DNA from: the human T2T-CHM13v2.0 reference genome, Homo sapiens
Assembly (NCBI RefSeq): GCF_009914755.1
Contig: NC_060933.1
Reading direction: 5' to 3' (one strand)
Length of the DNA stretch: 64,000 nt
Positions 1 to 22,734 of this stretch are shown here, in pieces. The position numbers were made by a program, and so were the translations under genes. The notes beneath the pieces were generated by a model that was not told the DNA's origin, did not search any database, and worked only from the letters and a program-made list of their open reading frames with translations. Position 1 is the first letter of the stretch; each line of letters begins with the position of its first letter.

Positions 1-576
1 TTTTAGGTCTAACATTTAAGTCTTTAATCCATCTTGAATTAATTTTGGTATAAGATGTAAGGAAGGGATCCAGTTTCAGCTTTCTACATATGGCTAGCCA
101 GTTTTCCCAGCACCATTTATTAAATAGGGGATCCTTTCCCCATTTCTTGTTTTTGTCAGTTTGTCAAAGATCAGATGGTTGTAGATATGTGGCATTATTT
201 CTGAGGGCTCTGTTGTGTTCCATTGGTCTATATCTCTGTTTTGGTACCAGTACCATGCTCTTTTGGTTACTATAGCCTTGTAGTACAGTTTGAAGTCAGG
301 TAGCGTGATGCCTCCAGCTTTGTTCTTTTGGCTTAGGATTGACTTAGCAATGAGGTCTCTTTTTTGGTTCCATATGAACTTTAAAGTAGTTTTTTCCAAT
401 TCTGTGAAGAAAGTCATTGGTAGCTTGATGGGGATGGCATTGAATCTTACCTTGGGCAGTATGGCCATTTTCACGATATTGATTCTTCCTACCCATGAGT
501 ATGGAATGTTTTTCCATTTGTTTGTATCCTCTTTTATTTCATGGAGCAGTGGTTTGTAGTTCTCCTTGAAGAGGTC
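1..576 (-). mobile_element. L1PA LINE-1 ORF2 fragment, 5'-truncated, continuing beyond the window start
   Basis: ORF 94..474(-) [49 protein letters not shown] is L1 ORF2p C-terminal sequence. Confidence 0.95.
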
Positions 577-578
577 CG

Positions 579-990
579 ATCATTTCTAGCTTTTGATTTA
601 AAGTGAGAGACATGCAACTCTTCCCTTTACTCAAACCCTTAGAAGCCATTGCAGGGTAATTAATTGGCCTGATATCAATATTGTCATATCTGAAAGAATG
701 GAGAGGCCCAAAGGAAGGGAGAGAGATGAGGGAAGAGTCAGTGGGTGGAGCAGTCAGAACGCACTCAACACTTATCGATTAAGTTCACCATCTTATATAT
801 AGGTCGGCTTGATAGCATCCCAAAACAAGTACAGTAGTAACATCAAAGGTCACTGATCACAGATCACCATAACAGATACAATGTTAATGAAAAACTTTGA
901 AATATTGCAAGGATTACCAAAATGTAACACCAAGACAAGAAGTGAGCACATGCTGTTGGAAAAATGGTGCCAACAGAATTATTCAATGCA
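579..990 (-). mobile_element. Tigger1 DNA transposon 5' part; resumes at ~2478-2560 after nested Alu and MER11
   Basis: Reverse complement contains GTCTCTCACTTTAAATCAAAAGCTAGAAATGAT (Tigger1 transposase N-terminal region); terminal segment GCAGGGTTGCCA..CAATTTGTAAAA follows MER11. Confidence 0.8.
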
Positions 991-1392
991 AACCTGGGCA
1001 ACACAGTGAGACCCTGTTCTCTACTAAAAAAAAAAAATTTGGTGGTAAATGCTACCAGCTACTTAGGAGGCTGAGGTGGGAGGATTGCTTCCACCTGGGA
1101 GGTCAGTAAGTGTTGAGTGTGTTCTGACTGCTTCACTCACTGACTATTCCCCCATGTCCCTCCCTCTCTTTGGGCCTATTCTTTCAGATACAACGATGTT
1201 GAAATTAGGCCAATTAATTACCTTACAATGGCTTCTAAGTGTTTGAGTAAAAGGAAGAGATGTATGTCTCTCACTTTAAATCAAAAAGCTGCAGTGTGGG
1301 AGGTCAAGGCTGCAGTGAGCTGTGATGGCACCACTGCCCTCCAGCTTAGGAGACAAAATGAAACCATGTCTCAAAAAAAAAAAAAAAAAAAA
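991..1392 (+). mobile_element. Truncated old Alu carrying an internal inverted copy of flanking Tigger1 (1107-1290)
   Basis: Alu motifs on both sides, poly-A tail 1373-1392; ORF 1228 MASKCLSKRKRCMSLTLNQK resembles the Tigger1 transposase N-terminus. Confidence 0.8.
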
Positions 1393-1401
1393 GAATTACT
1401 G

Positions 1402-2477
1402 TATCGGGGGAACCAGCCCCCAATATTTCAATGTACATTCTTTTCTATTTTCCCTAAGTGTCGGCCGGTCTGAGAAATAAAGGGAAAGAGTACAAAAGAG
1501 AGAAATTTTAAAGCTTGGTGTCCAGGGGAGACATCACATGTTGGCAGGTTCCGTGATGCCCCGAGCCGCAAAACCAGCAAGTTTTTATTATGGATTTCAA
1601 AAGGGGAGGGGTGTACGAATAGGGTGTGGCTCACAGAGATCACATGCTTCAAGGGCAATAACATCACAAGGCAAATGGGGGCAGAGTGAGATCACAGGAC
1701 CAGGGTGAAATTAGAATTGCTGATGAAGTTTCATGTCCCACTGGGCATGCATTATCATTGATAACACCTTATCAGGAAACAGGGTTTGAGAGCAGACAAC
1801 CGGTCTAATTAAAATTTACTAGGCAGGAATTTCCTAATCCTAATAGGCCTGGGGGTGCTACAGGAGACCGGGGCTTATTTCATCCCTTATCTTCAACCAT
1901 ATAACACAGACATTCCCAGAGCGGCCATTTTAGAGACCTCCCCCTAGGAATGCATTCTCTTTCTCAGGGCTGTTCCTTGCTGAGAAAAAGAATTCAGCGA
2001 TATTTCTCCTATTCACTTTTGTAAGAAGAGAAATATGACCCTGTTCTGTCTGGCCCCTCAGGCAGTCAGGCCCAATGGTTTACTCCCTTGTTCCCTGAAA
2101 ATTGCAGCCATCCTGTTCCTTTTGGATGCCCAGATTTCATATTGTTCAAACACACATGCCCTACAAACAATTTGTGCAGATAATACAATCATCACAGGAT
2201 CCTGAGGCAACATACATCCTTAGCTTACGAAGATGATAGGATTAAGAGATTAAAGTAAAGACAGGCATAGGAAATTATAAGAGTATTGATTGGGGAAGTG
2301 ATAAATGTCCATGAAATCTTCACAATTTATGTTCAGAGACTGCAGTAAAGACAGACATAAGAAATTATACAAGTACTAATTTGGGGAACTAATAAATGTC
2401 CATGAAATCTTCACAATTTATGTTCTGCCATGGCTTCAGCCGGTCCCTCCGTTCGGAGTCACTGACTTCCTGCAACA
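1402..2477 (-). mobile_element. MER11 solo LTR (ERVK group)
   Basis: Reverse complement begins TGTTGCAGGAAGTCAGTGACTCCGAACGGAGGGACCGGCTGAAGCCATGGCAG and ends GGGGCTGGTTCCCCCGATA; degenerate TSD TTACTG/CTGCTG. Confidence 0.88.
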
Positions 2478-3279
2478 CTGCTGGATGCAGGGTTGCCATG
2501 AACCCTCAATTTGTAAAATATGCAATATTCACAAAGTGCAGTAAAGCAAAGCACCATGTGTCTACACATGGCCAATCTTATTTCATCGGTCCCTCCCACC
2601 CAAACTGTTCCTCATTCCTGCCTTGGATTGTTTTATAAAAATTCCCAGACATCATATCATTTCATGCATAAACACTTTGGTATGTATCTCTAATAGATAA
2701 GGATTATTTTTATTTCTAAACATAACCACAATACCATATCACATTTTTAAATGTTAGCAATAATTCCTTACTATTGTCACATAGCCAGTTCAGTTTCCCT
2801 GTCTCATAACATTTTTTTACAGTTCAGTGGTTCAATTCAGTATCCAAACATAATTCATATATCCAAGGCATATGTTTTCAATCTCTTTTTCCCTCACAAC
2901 TCAATTCTCATTTCTAGTTTATTCAGCATGGATAACATCACCGTCACATGCAAAATGTTAAAATAGATACATCTAAGGAAGGGTGAAAAGGAGAAGTTAA
3001 GATTTTAAAAAATAAAACAAAAATACTTAATTTTCTTGTTCACACCTGTTGCCCAAGTGAAAATGAGAGAGGCTCTTTATTCTCCTGACTTTTCCTGGTT
3101 GTTTTTCACTTATGGTCATCTGAACCTTCCTGGTTATGTTGGAAAGTGATGGGGTGAGGAATAAGGGACTCTTGCTTTGCCAAGAACAGCATTCTGCCTG
3201 CAGGCTGGAAGGGCAGCAGCATGTGCAAAGAGTAGTTTCAGTTCCACAAGGGGCAAGGTGGAAAATTTCTTCTCTTTGA

Positions 3280-4292
<1,013 letters not shown>

Positions 4293-4809
4293 GAGGTTCT
4301 TATTTGTTTCAATTATTTGAATGTCAAAGGGTAAGATTACTGAATAAAAAAGTAGTCATTTTAATAGCTCCTGTTACAAGTGATTGAATACTAAATACAT
4401 AACATGAAAGCAATATATTTATTTCTCACCAGCATTGCCAGGATTTTAAAATCATTTTTTTGTTCAGTTAGTAGACATTTATTTACAGCCTTAAGATTAT
4501 ATTTTAAAATGATCAATAAATTACATAATTCAATAATTTTGCTGTTTTGTTTTCAATGGTGTGAACCAACACATTGACATAACAAGTTCCCTTGACATAA
4601 TCTTAGAAATATGTCCTCACATACTATGTCCTCACATACTATAATATTAAACTTTTAACTATCTCAAGTATTTCTCCATTCTAGTGCTTTCCTTTTCATC
4701 CTGTTATATTGTGTTGTTTTTAATTACAAGTTTTAAATTTTTTATACAGCCATACTAATCTGGCTTGCTTTTTATTCTATTTCTTCATTAATTCAAAATG
4801 TATTCTGCA

Positions 4810-8240
<3,431 letters not shown>

Positions 8241-9450
8241 TGCAGCCCCCTATAATGCCCCCAACCCGCCCCCAGCTGCGGGCAGTGCAGCACCCGATAG
8301 CCCCCCAACCCGCCTCCTGCTACAGGCATTGTAGCCCCCCCCAACACCATGGCTCACTAAACCCACCCTCGTCCAGCCTGCAGCTGATAGCGCCCCAACC
8401 CACCCCCTGCCGTGGGCAGAGCAGCCATGGTTACACACCTACTCCGCTGCTTTTCTGCCGCTCCAGCCTCTAGCCTGTGGCAAGGACTCCCTCTTCTCCT
8501 CCTGTAGCAGTGCACAGAGAAGCTCCAGCTGCAGGCAGCCCTCATACCACTCAGGCAGCCCTGCAGTCTCCATCACTGCTACCCACCACAGCGAGGTGAA
8601 CCACAGAGCCACAAGCTCCAGCCTCCACCCACCACAGCAAGGCGAGCCACAGAGCCACAAGCTCCAGCCTCCAGCATACTGCAGCTCACGCTTCCAAGCC
8701 AGGCACTGACCAAGCAGAACAGACAAACTCTGAAGAGCCTGGAATGGCCTAACTCCGCCTTAGCATGCTTTATATACCGAGGTTCCTGGACTACATGTTC
8801 TGATGGGATGAGAAGTCTTAGGATAACCAATCACAACATGATAATAAAGTCCAATCAGAATAGGCTTAGAGGTTTTCTCTCATCCAATCAGAACATGGGT
8901 GGCCACGAGGGAGACGGAAGTGTGGCCAAAGTGGTAAGATGGCAGCAAGGCAGCCAGACATGCTCCATGCCCTGCTACAGGAAGAGAAAAGGGAGCCCGC
9001 CTGCCACAGGCTGGAGGCTGGAGCCTGCGACACTATGGCTCACCTCGCTGAGGTTGGTGGCAGCCACGGAGACTGCGTCATACCAGCCGGAGTGGTAGAA
9101 AGGCGACAACAGGGTAAGTGCATATCAGCGGCTGCACTGCCTGGCGATGGGGAGCGGGTTGGGGGTGCTATTTGGGTGTCACTGCCTGCAGCGGGGAGCG
9201 GGTTGGGGCCCTATCCAGGGCTGCGCTGCCCACAGTGGGGGGCGGGTTGGGGCACTATCCTGGGCATCACTTCCGCCACAGGGGGCAGGTTGGGGGCGCT
9301 ACAGGGTGCTGCAGTGTCCAAGGTGGGGAGGGGTTAGGGGCGCTATGGGGGATACACTGCTGGCAAGTGGGGGGTGTGTTTGGGGCACTACTGGGGGATA
9401 CACTGCTGGCGTCAGGTTAGGGGCGCTTTCAGGCTGCACTGTAGATAGCA
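8241..9450. repeat. GC-rich degenerate inverted duplication with ~43-bp G-rich minisatellite units on both arms
   Basis: Right-arm units GGGG(A/G)GCGGGTTGGGG..CTAT..CACTGCC (~7 copies, 9149-9445); reverse-complement units at 8241-8430; TGGAGGCTGGAGC..CACCTCGCTG..GGAGACTGC module on both strands. Confidence 0.8.
8750..8950. promoter_or_regulatory. Putative bidirectional promoter core
   Basis: CCAAT at 8827, 8851 and 8884; TATATAAA on minus strand 8769-8776; ETS CGGAAGTG 8915-8922; YY1-like AAGATGGC 8936-8943; 20-bp inverted repeat 8794-8813/8878-8897. Confidence 0.55.
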
Positions 9451-11850
9451 GAGGTGGCTGCCACAGTGGTGGTCTCCAAGGAAGGAGCTGGACTCCAGAC
9501 TCCTGATCACTGCAGGACCCCCACACCCACTGTGGTTCCTGGATCTGCGTCCTCTCACTCTGTGTGGCGGACAGACAACCTGGGACCCCCAGGCATGGAG
9601 TAGCAGGTACCACGGGTGGACAGGGCCCTGTGGGTGGAGGCGTCAGGAACAGAAACCGGCACTTGGGTGGTGGGGGGAGGTGTCTGGGTCTGAGTTTCTG
9701 CTATTCCTGCTCCCTGAGGAGTGCAGCCCCGGTGCCCAGCAGTTCCTGTGGAATGGATAGCCAGCCACTGTGGAGTCTCCAGTCCCCACCCCAGGCCCCA
9801 GTTCCTGGCCCGTTGGGCCAGAGGAGAAGCTGGACTTTGGAGGGTGTGAGTGCCTTCACTGAAACCAGCCCCTCCCACCCAGTGGCCAGCCTGACAAGGT
9901 GAGGTTCTAACACTACCAGTCGCTCCATCCTGTTTTAGGCTTTTCTGGCTTTGCCCGCCGAGCTGCTCTGTGCCCGGAGGAGCCCCCTGTTGGAGGCTGG
10001 GGCCTGCCACACTGTGTGGCTCGTCTCGCTGCCACCACCTGCTGCAGTGGGTGGCCACCGCCGAGACTGCAGTGTGCTGAAGCGGTAGGAGGGCGGTGGT
10101 TATGGCCAGGGGTGCAGCAGTGGCCAGGGGGTAGGAGCCTTGTAGGGTGGACCAGTGCATTGAGGGTGACAGCAGCGGTGGTTGTATTGGCATCAGCGCT
10201 AGTGGTAGCAGCAGCAGCAAATCTGGGGTCAGGGAAGTGGGAGTGGGAGAGCTGTGGCAGCCTGCCTGGCCTGGCCTGGCATCAGTAGGAACCTGTGGGT
10301 GCTGTACCGTGGGCCTCAGTGGCAGCGGTGGAGGAGCAGCCAGGGTAAGGAGGAGTCCTTCTTCTTTTTCTGCAGAATCTGAAGGGTCCTTCCTCCTGCT
10401 GACACGTGAGCCAGGTGTGAGTGTAGCATTATCTCACTCTTTAACAAAATTTAGGGGGTGACTATTTGTGTATCTTTTTGCTTGTTTTGTTGTTGTTGTT
10501 GTGAAAAAGTCTTAAACTTTTTCAAATTTCTTGAATCAAGGAGGGGAATCAAGGTATCGTAATAGGCCTTCCGATTCCCTCACCTGTTCTTTTTCCTTTC
10601 TTCCAGTCTGTTTTTTTCTTTTTCTCATTATCATCTTGTTCCTCTTTATTCGCTAATGCCACTGCTTCTATTTCTTGTTTCTATTCTTGTCTTTCCTCCT
10701 CCTCCTTTTGCTTTTCCCCAAGCAATGGCATTAACAAACCAAAACGGAGTTGAAAATAAACTACTTGTCAGTGTGTTGTATTTTAAAAATAATCGGTCCA
10801 TTACTATGTTTTAGAGATTTGCATAATTATTTAGTTACTTGAATAGCTATGCTTTCCTGATACTGTTAATGCGTTGTAAGTAGTTACTCGAGAAATTAAA
10901 AAAATGAAGCATCAAGTGAAATAGTGGTAGCAAACAGCCATTTCATCTCTCTCACATATTAGTCCGGAAATAGGCAAGAGGCATGGGGAAGAGTAAGTTC
11001 CAATTCATGAGATCATTAAGTGAGCTGTATTTCCCTTTATGTTATTTCTCTGCCACTATTTTCAACAGTATTATCTACATGAGCAAACCTAGTTTGTCAC
11101 CACATCTTTGCAACAAGAAAAGGAAGGGGAAGATCATGTGTATAGTGTTTTAAGGCCAGGATCCACAACCAAAAACAAGGCTTTATTAAGTTTTGCTTTT
11201 AAGAACCTGCAGTATTGAGCTTTCTTTTATTCCTAGTATTACAACCTTTAGTATGAACTCTTTTTTTAGTGATTGTTCTAGAAGTTTATGCATTTGATTG
11301 ACTACTTTAAAGAAACAAATCTATATTGTATCATTTTTTCAAGCCCACATAAATGGGTAAGGCCTATAATTTTGACACTTTTAAAATTATTTGTAAGGTA
11401 TGACATGTAAAATACTGCTGATATATGGAAGAATATGCGTAAGTATCACCAGATAGCTTATTTTGAAGAGATGGTGTCTAAATTATTGTCCAGAGTAGAT
11501 TGGTTGCAATTTCTTAGGTGTGTTTCTCAGTACATTGCCTCAATGTTTTAAAGCACATAGAAATTTGAATTCTGTTTACTCTCATATAGTCCTTTGTTTG
11601 TAAGTTGTTTAATATTTCTAGAGACTAAAGCCATCGCAGCCCCCTTTAAGATTCAGTAATGTTAACAAAATTTGAAGTATGTAGGGTTAGAATCCAACAA
11701 ATTCAGAGGAAAATTGTTATATAGCTCCAGAGCAGGAAATGAAGCCTAGGTTCTAAGCTCTGAGGGGACCATGAGCTACCATACATCATTGACCAGGCAT
11801 AGAATGGGCAGAATTACAGGATGGTTAAGAGAGTGAGCTGTGGAGCCTAA

Positions 11851-12161
<311 letters not shown>

Positions 12162-12201
12162 TGGGGTGGTTACTGTTGAAGTATTATCTTTGTATCCCAA
12201 A

Positions 12202-12261
12202 CAGGCCCTTCTGAAACCGATGACGTTGATGAAAAACTCCTTCTACTGAAGTCTTTGCAAC
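12202..12261 (+). pseudogene. GTF2I: GTF2I pseudo-exon (60-nt alternative exon 10-like)
   Basis: Translates [20 protein letters not shown] versus recalled GTF2I [20 protein letters not shown]; GT donor at 12262. Confidence 0.85.
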
Positions 12262-12879
12262 GTATAATCTTTTCACTTCAATTTTGCTACATACTGTTTC
12301 TATTTAATGGTTCCTTGTATTCCACAGACTGTATTTTAGTATTTATAACTATAGTATTCCTTTTATATGTGGAAAAGGAAAACTGCATTGGCCTTTTTTT
12401 TTAACATATAAATGAACTTCATAAACAACAATTTTTCAAATCAGTTTTCCCTGTTGTGAATCTTGAAGTGGGTACATGGCACACTTTCCTGTTTAAGGTA
12501 AAGTGCACATTTATCCCTTATCTCAGAACAGTCAGAAGTCAGGTTCTTATTGTATGGTTAGTAATGCAAATATCGATAAGGTCGTGTTGATACTTAGTAT
12601 TTAGAATTCTGAAATAGCACTTGTTAATCTGTAAGTTTTATGCATTTGTTACCTTTTTTTTAAAATTTTTACAGTGTTCCCAAACTTGACACTCATAGGC
12701 TATTAGTAATAGGTTTTACTTCGATCTCTTCTGGCCTCAAGTACATAAGATGTATTTTCTTTAGGTTTAGCATATAATATAAATTTAATTGTTTATTTCA
12801 GATTTTAAAAGAAGAAAAAGGACCTATAGAATCATTGTTTACATTGACACTGGCCCAACTGTCCCATGGATGGGTTTTT

Positions 12880-13230
12880 TTTTTGGATCAACATAAAAAT
12901 TGACCCTGCTGTTAAAGGTTGAAACTTGTATCTGTTCTGAGTTCTCTCCTTAAAAAAAGACCTTCAGGAAGTATCAAATAACAAACATAACAAATCACAG
13001 CACCATATGCCTCCTGCTCCTCCCTAATTTCTGTTCTCTTATACATTGTTACATTTCTTTCCTGCCCCTATTAGTCAAGCCATGGATTTGAGACTGAGTT
13101 CCCAGCTCCTGGGCTGCAGCACCAGGTTAAAGCTTTCTTCCTTGGCAGTGCTTGTCGCCTCAGTGATTGGCTTTTTCTCCAATGAGCAGCAGGACCTGGA
13201 TGAAACCCTTGGTGTTTGAAACCCTTGGTA
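12880..13230 (+). mobile_element. ERV1 (MER4-group-like) LTR fragment
   Basis: GATTTGAGACTGAG..TTAAAGCTTTCTTCCTTGGC..CAGTGATTGGCTTT..GAGCAGCAGGACCT resembles an LTR 3' end. Confidence 0.5.
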
Positions 13231-13674
13231 ATAACATGAACAACTGTCTTAACTTACTCTTTATTGAAATTTTACATTTTAACTAGTGGCCTCTTCTTTA
13301 TTATCTCCCATTCCTTTGATCTCGTATCTTTTTCTTCACTTTACAGTCAAAGAACTTAATGCTCCCTAAATCCAAATATTAAGGTTAAAAGAAGAGAAAG
13401 GAAATGTGTGCAGAGAAAGTATGTTTTACAAATGAATTAAAGATGGATTCCTAGATAAAGGTTTTTAGATTTACCTAGAGTTTTGAGTTCAGGTGAGTTT
13501 TCACAATATGCAGTAAGTGGAAAAGAATCCCAAGATAATTGTGACATGAAAAAGCTCGATGTTGAAAACCAAAAAGATTTCACTTTGGCATCGTACTTTT
13601 AATTCAAGAATACTAGCCATCAAATGAGTTTTTCTGACTGTAATCATTGCTCTTTAAAAATTAAGAGAAGATGG

Positions 13675-13972
<298 letters not shown>

Positions 13973-14614
13973 TTATAACTTTTACTTTTAGTACAGCTTC
14001 TGAATTTAGTTATCAATAGATAGGACAAAATAGATGAGCATCTGCTTCCCTTCCCCCTAAACAATGTATTCTTACTGAAATGTAATATATTTTTATTTAT
14101 ACTTGAAGACACTGTTTTTCAATCTTTTCCTTGTTAGTAGCTCAGATCTTTAGGGACAGAGGATGTATACTGGGGGCAGCTCGTGGTCTTAATCCTGACT
14201 GGCACTCTGATATTTTAGATTATTTCTTTTGTATTTGTGAATAAAACTTCTGCTCCAGTAGGATGAGCCTGTTTACCTTGTGACTCCCTAACTAATCTAT
14301 TGCTTTATAGATTCAAGTTCAAGTGATTCTCCTACTTCAGCCTCCCAAATTGCTGGGATTACAGGTGCCCGCCACCACGCCTGGCTAATTTTTTGTATTT
14401 TAGTAGAGATGAGGTTTCACCATGTTGGCACGGGCTAGTCTCAAACTCTTGACCTTGGTGATAGGCCCATCTCAGCCTCCCAAACTGCTGGGTTTACAGG
14501 CAAGAGCCACCACGCCCGGCCTACTATGTCTTAAAAGTGTTTGCATCGTTACCTAGATTCTCTTTCAATGTGAGTTTTTATTGGTTTATTATAGGTTGTT
14601 TATTTTATTTTTAG

Positions 14615-15055
<441 letters not shown>

Positions 15056-15349
15056 CACCTCCTCTTGTACTTGGGAGAAATGCACTGATTCTGGTTGCCA
15101 CGTGGATTTATTTTGGGAGTGATATTGATCTAACTTTATGGAAATAATACTAGATAGAAAGTTAGCGGATGGATTCTCTATCTAATGAGAGTTTTGGGCA
15201 AATCGAATACCAAGTTTCCGAGTCTTACTTTTCCTCTGATGCAAGAAAACTCTGAATTAGCCAGCCTGTGAAAAACTCTCACAGCTCTGGATGTGAGTTT
15301 AGGACACTGGATTTCTACCACTCAATTTCTTACTACTTTTCTTGCGCAG

Positions 15350-15489
15350 GGATCATGGCACAAGTTGCAGTTTCCACCCTGCCCGTTGTAGATGAGGAGT
15401 CCGTTGAAGATGAGGAGTCCATTGAAGATGAGGAGTCCTTGGAGAGCAGGATGGTGGTGACATTCTTCATGTCAGCTCTTGAGTCCACG
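15350..15489 (+). pseudogene. GTF2I: GTF2I/GTF2IRD2-family first coding exon, copy 1 (ATG at 15355)
   Basis: cag|GGATCATGG..ACG|gtgaga; [45 protein letters not shown] versus recalled [33 protein letters not shown]. Confidence 0.92.
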
Positions 15490-16275
15490 GTGAGACCTTC
15501 TGTTCTAACATTCTATGGTCGGGTAGGACTGGGCGGTAGATAAAATTGATTTGTTTTTGTAGAACATATAATTTTATGATTTTTATTTCTAATGAGTATA
15601 TCTTTTTCTTGAATAGTAGTTATGATCAAACACTTCTAACCAAATGTGCCATGTTATCCAGCCTGGTCTCAAAATTCTGGGCTCCAGCGACCTGCCCGCC
15701 TTAGCCTCGAAAAGTGCTGGGATTACAGGTGTAAGCCATTGAACCTGGCCAAATATTTTTCTTTGTATGGCTGAATAATACTCTGTATATGTATATATTA
15801 CATTTTCTTCATTCACCATTCATCCATCATCCATTCATCCATTCTTTATCAACCCTGATGGGCATTAGGGTTGGTTCTACCTGTTGGCCACTGTGAATAA
15901 TGCTGCTGTTAAACGGGTGTACAAATACCTGTTTGAGTCCCTGCTCTCAGTTCTTTTGGGTATATACGCTTAAAGGGTGTTGGTGGATCAAATAATTCTA
16001 TGCTTAGTATTTTTAAGGAGCTGCCAAACCATTTCCCACAGTGGGCTGTACCATTTTACATTCCAAAAAGCCTCCAATTTCTCTATAGCATTACTGACAG
16101 TTAATATTTTGTTTATATACTGTATTTTTATACTGTTTGAAATTAATCTGAGGGTTTTTGCTAATACCAAAATATTAGGAAAGTTTTTCCAAAAATCATA
16201 TTCCTTATTATAAAGACTTTTACATGTTACTTGATGCCCTGTGATCTATTTTCTCAGTAAGAAGAGGAACTTCCT

Positions 16276-17037
16276 GGCTGGGCGCGGCGGCTCATGCTTG
16301 TAATCACAGCATTTTGGGAGGCCGAGGCAGGTGGATCACAAGGTCAGGAGTTCAAGACCAGCCTGTCCAACATAGTGAAACCCAGTCTCTACTAAAAACA
16401 ATAATAAAAAAAAATTAGCCGGGTGCAGTGGCAGGCACCTCTAATCCCAGCTACTTGGAAGCCTGAGGCAGGGAACTGGTTGAACCCGGGAGGCAGAGGT
16501 CGCAGTGAGCCAAGACAAAGACACTGCACCCCAGCCTGTGTGACAGAGTGAGATTTGGTCTCAAAAAAACAAAAAAGAAGAACTTCTCTCCATCCAGCCT
16601 CATTCCACTGCACCAACTCTTTTTTGTGTCGGGTTGTGCAGGGGAGAAAGGGAGCTTGGCACCTCTTTCCTGTGTTGACTTGTGGTAGCCCATCACTGGG
16701 CACTGGGTTGTACAGCGCCTTGTCTCCTCTTTTTTGTTTTTGTTTTTTTTTTTTTTGAGACCGAGTCTCACTCTGTTGCCCAGGCTGGAGTGTAGTGGTG
16801 CGATCTCAGCTCACTGCAACCTCAGCCCCCCCGGGTTCAAGCGATTCTCCTGCCTCAGCCTCCCAAGTAGCTGGGGCTACAGGCATGTGCCACCACACCT
16901 GGCTAATTTTTTACTTTTAGTAGAGATGGGGTATCGCCATGTTGGCCAGGCTGGTCTTGAACTCCTGACCTCAGGTGATCCACCCACTTTGGCCTTCTGA
17001 AGTGCTGGGATTATAGGCATGAGCCACCGTTCCTGGC
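16276..17037. mobile_element. Oppositely oriented AluS pair (16276-16575 +, 16730-17037 -)
   Basis: Two full-length Alus about 150 bp apart. Confidence 0.9.
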
Positions 17038-17332
17038 CGCCTCCTCTTTTACTTGGGAGAAATGCACAGATTCTGGGTGCCATGTGCATTTATTTTGGGA
17101 ACGATATTGATCTAACTCATGGAAATAATACTAGATAAGAAAGTTAGCGGATGGATTCTCTAATCTGATGAGAGTTTTGGGCAAATGGAATTCCTAGTTT
17201 CTGAGTCGTATTTTTCCTCTGATGCAAGAAACCTGTGAATTAGCCAGCTAGTGAAAAACTCTCACAGTTCTGGATGTGAATTTAGGACACTGGATTTCTA
17301 TCACTCACTTTCTTACTACTTTTCTCACGCAG

Positions 17333-17454
17333 GGATCATGGCACAAGTTGCAGTTTCCACCCTTTCCTTTGAAGATGAGGAGTCTGTTGAAGATGAGGAG
17401 TCCTTGGAGAGCAGGATGGTGCTGACATTCCTAACGTCAGCTCTTGAGTCCATG
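17333..17454 (+). pseudogene. GTF2I: GTF2I/GTF2IRD2-family first coding exon, copy 2 (ATG at 17338)
   Basis: cag|GGATCATGG..ATG|gtcaga; [39 protein letters not shown]. Confidence 0.92.
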
Positions 17455-17615
17455 GTCAGACCTTCTGTTCTAACATTCTGTAGTTTGGTAGGATTGGGAG
17501 GTAGATAAGGTTGATTTGTTTTTGTAGAATGTATAATTTTATGATTTTTATTTCTAATGAGTAGATCTTTTTCTTGAATAGTAGTTATGGTCAAACACCT
17601 CTAACCAAATGTGCA

Positions 17616-19040
<1,425 letters not shown>

Positions 19041-19044
19041 GTGT

Positions 19045-22730
<3,686 letters not shown>

Positions 22731-22734
22731 GTAT

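Noticed and set aside
2255-2425. ~90-bp tandem repeat inside the LTR
   Set aside because: Internal tandem repeats are native to MER11 subfamilies
9149-9445. CRISPR-like array or interstitial telomere
   Set aside because: Eukaryotic degenerate minisatellite without identical repeats and unique spacers; only two isolated TTAGGG
9555-10220. 221-aa ORF (-) and other overlapping ORFs at 8.2-10.5 kb
   Set aside because: GC-rich, stop-poor repeat sequence gives ORFs in many frames; no recognisable domain
10585-10720. Long pyrimidine-rich tract (acidic/basic ORF-like on the minus strand)
   Set aside because: Low complexity with no ORF or identifiable homolog
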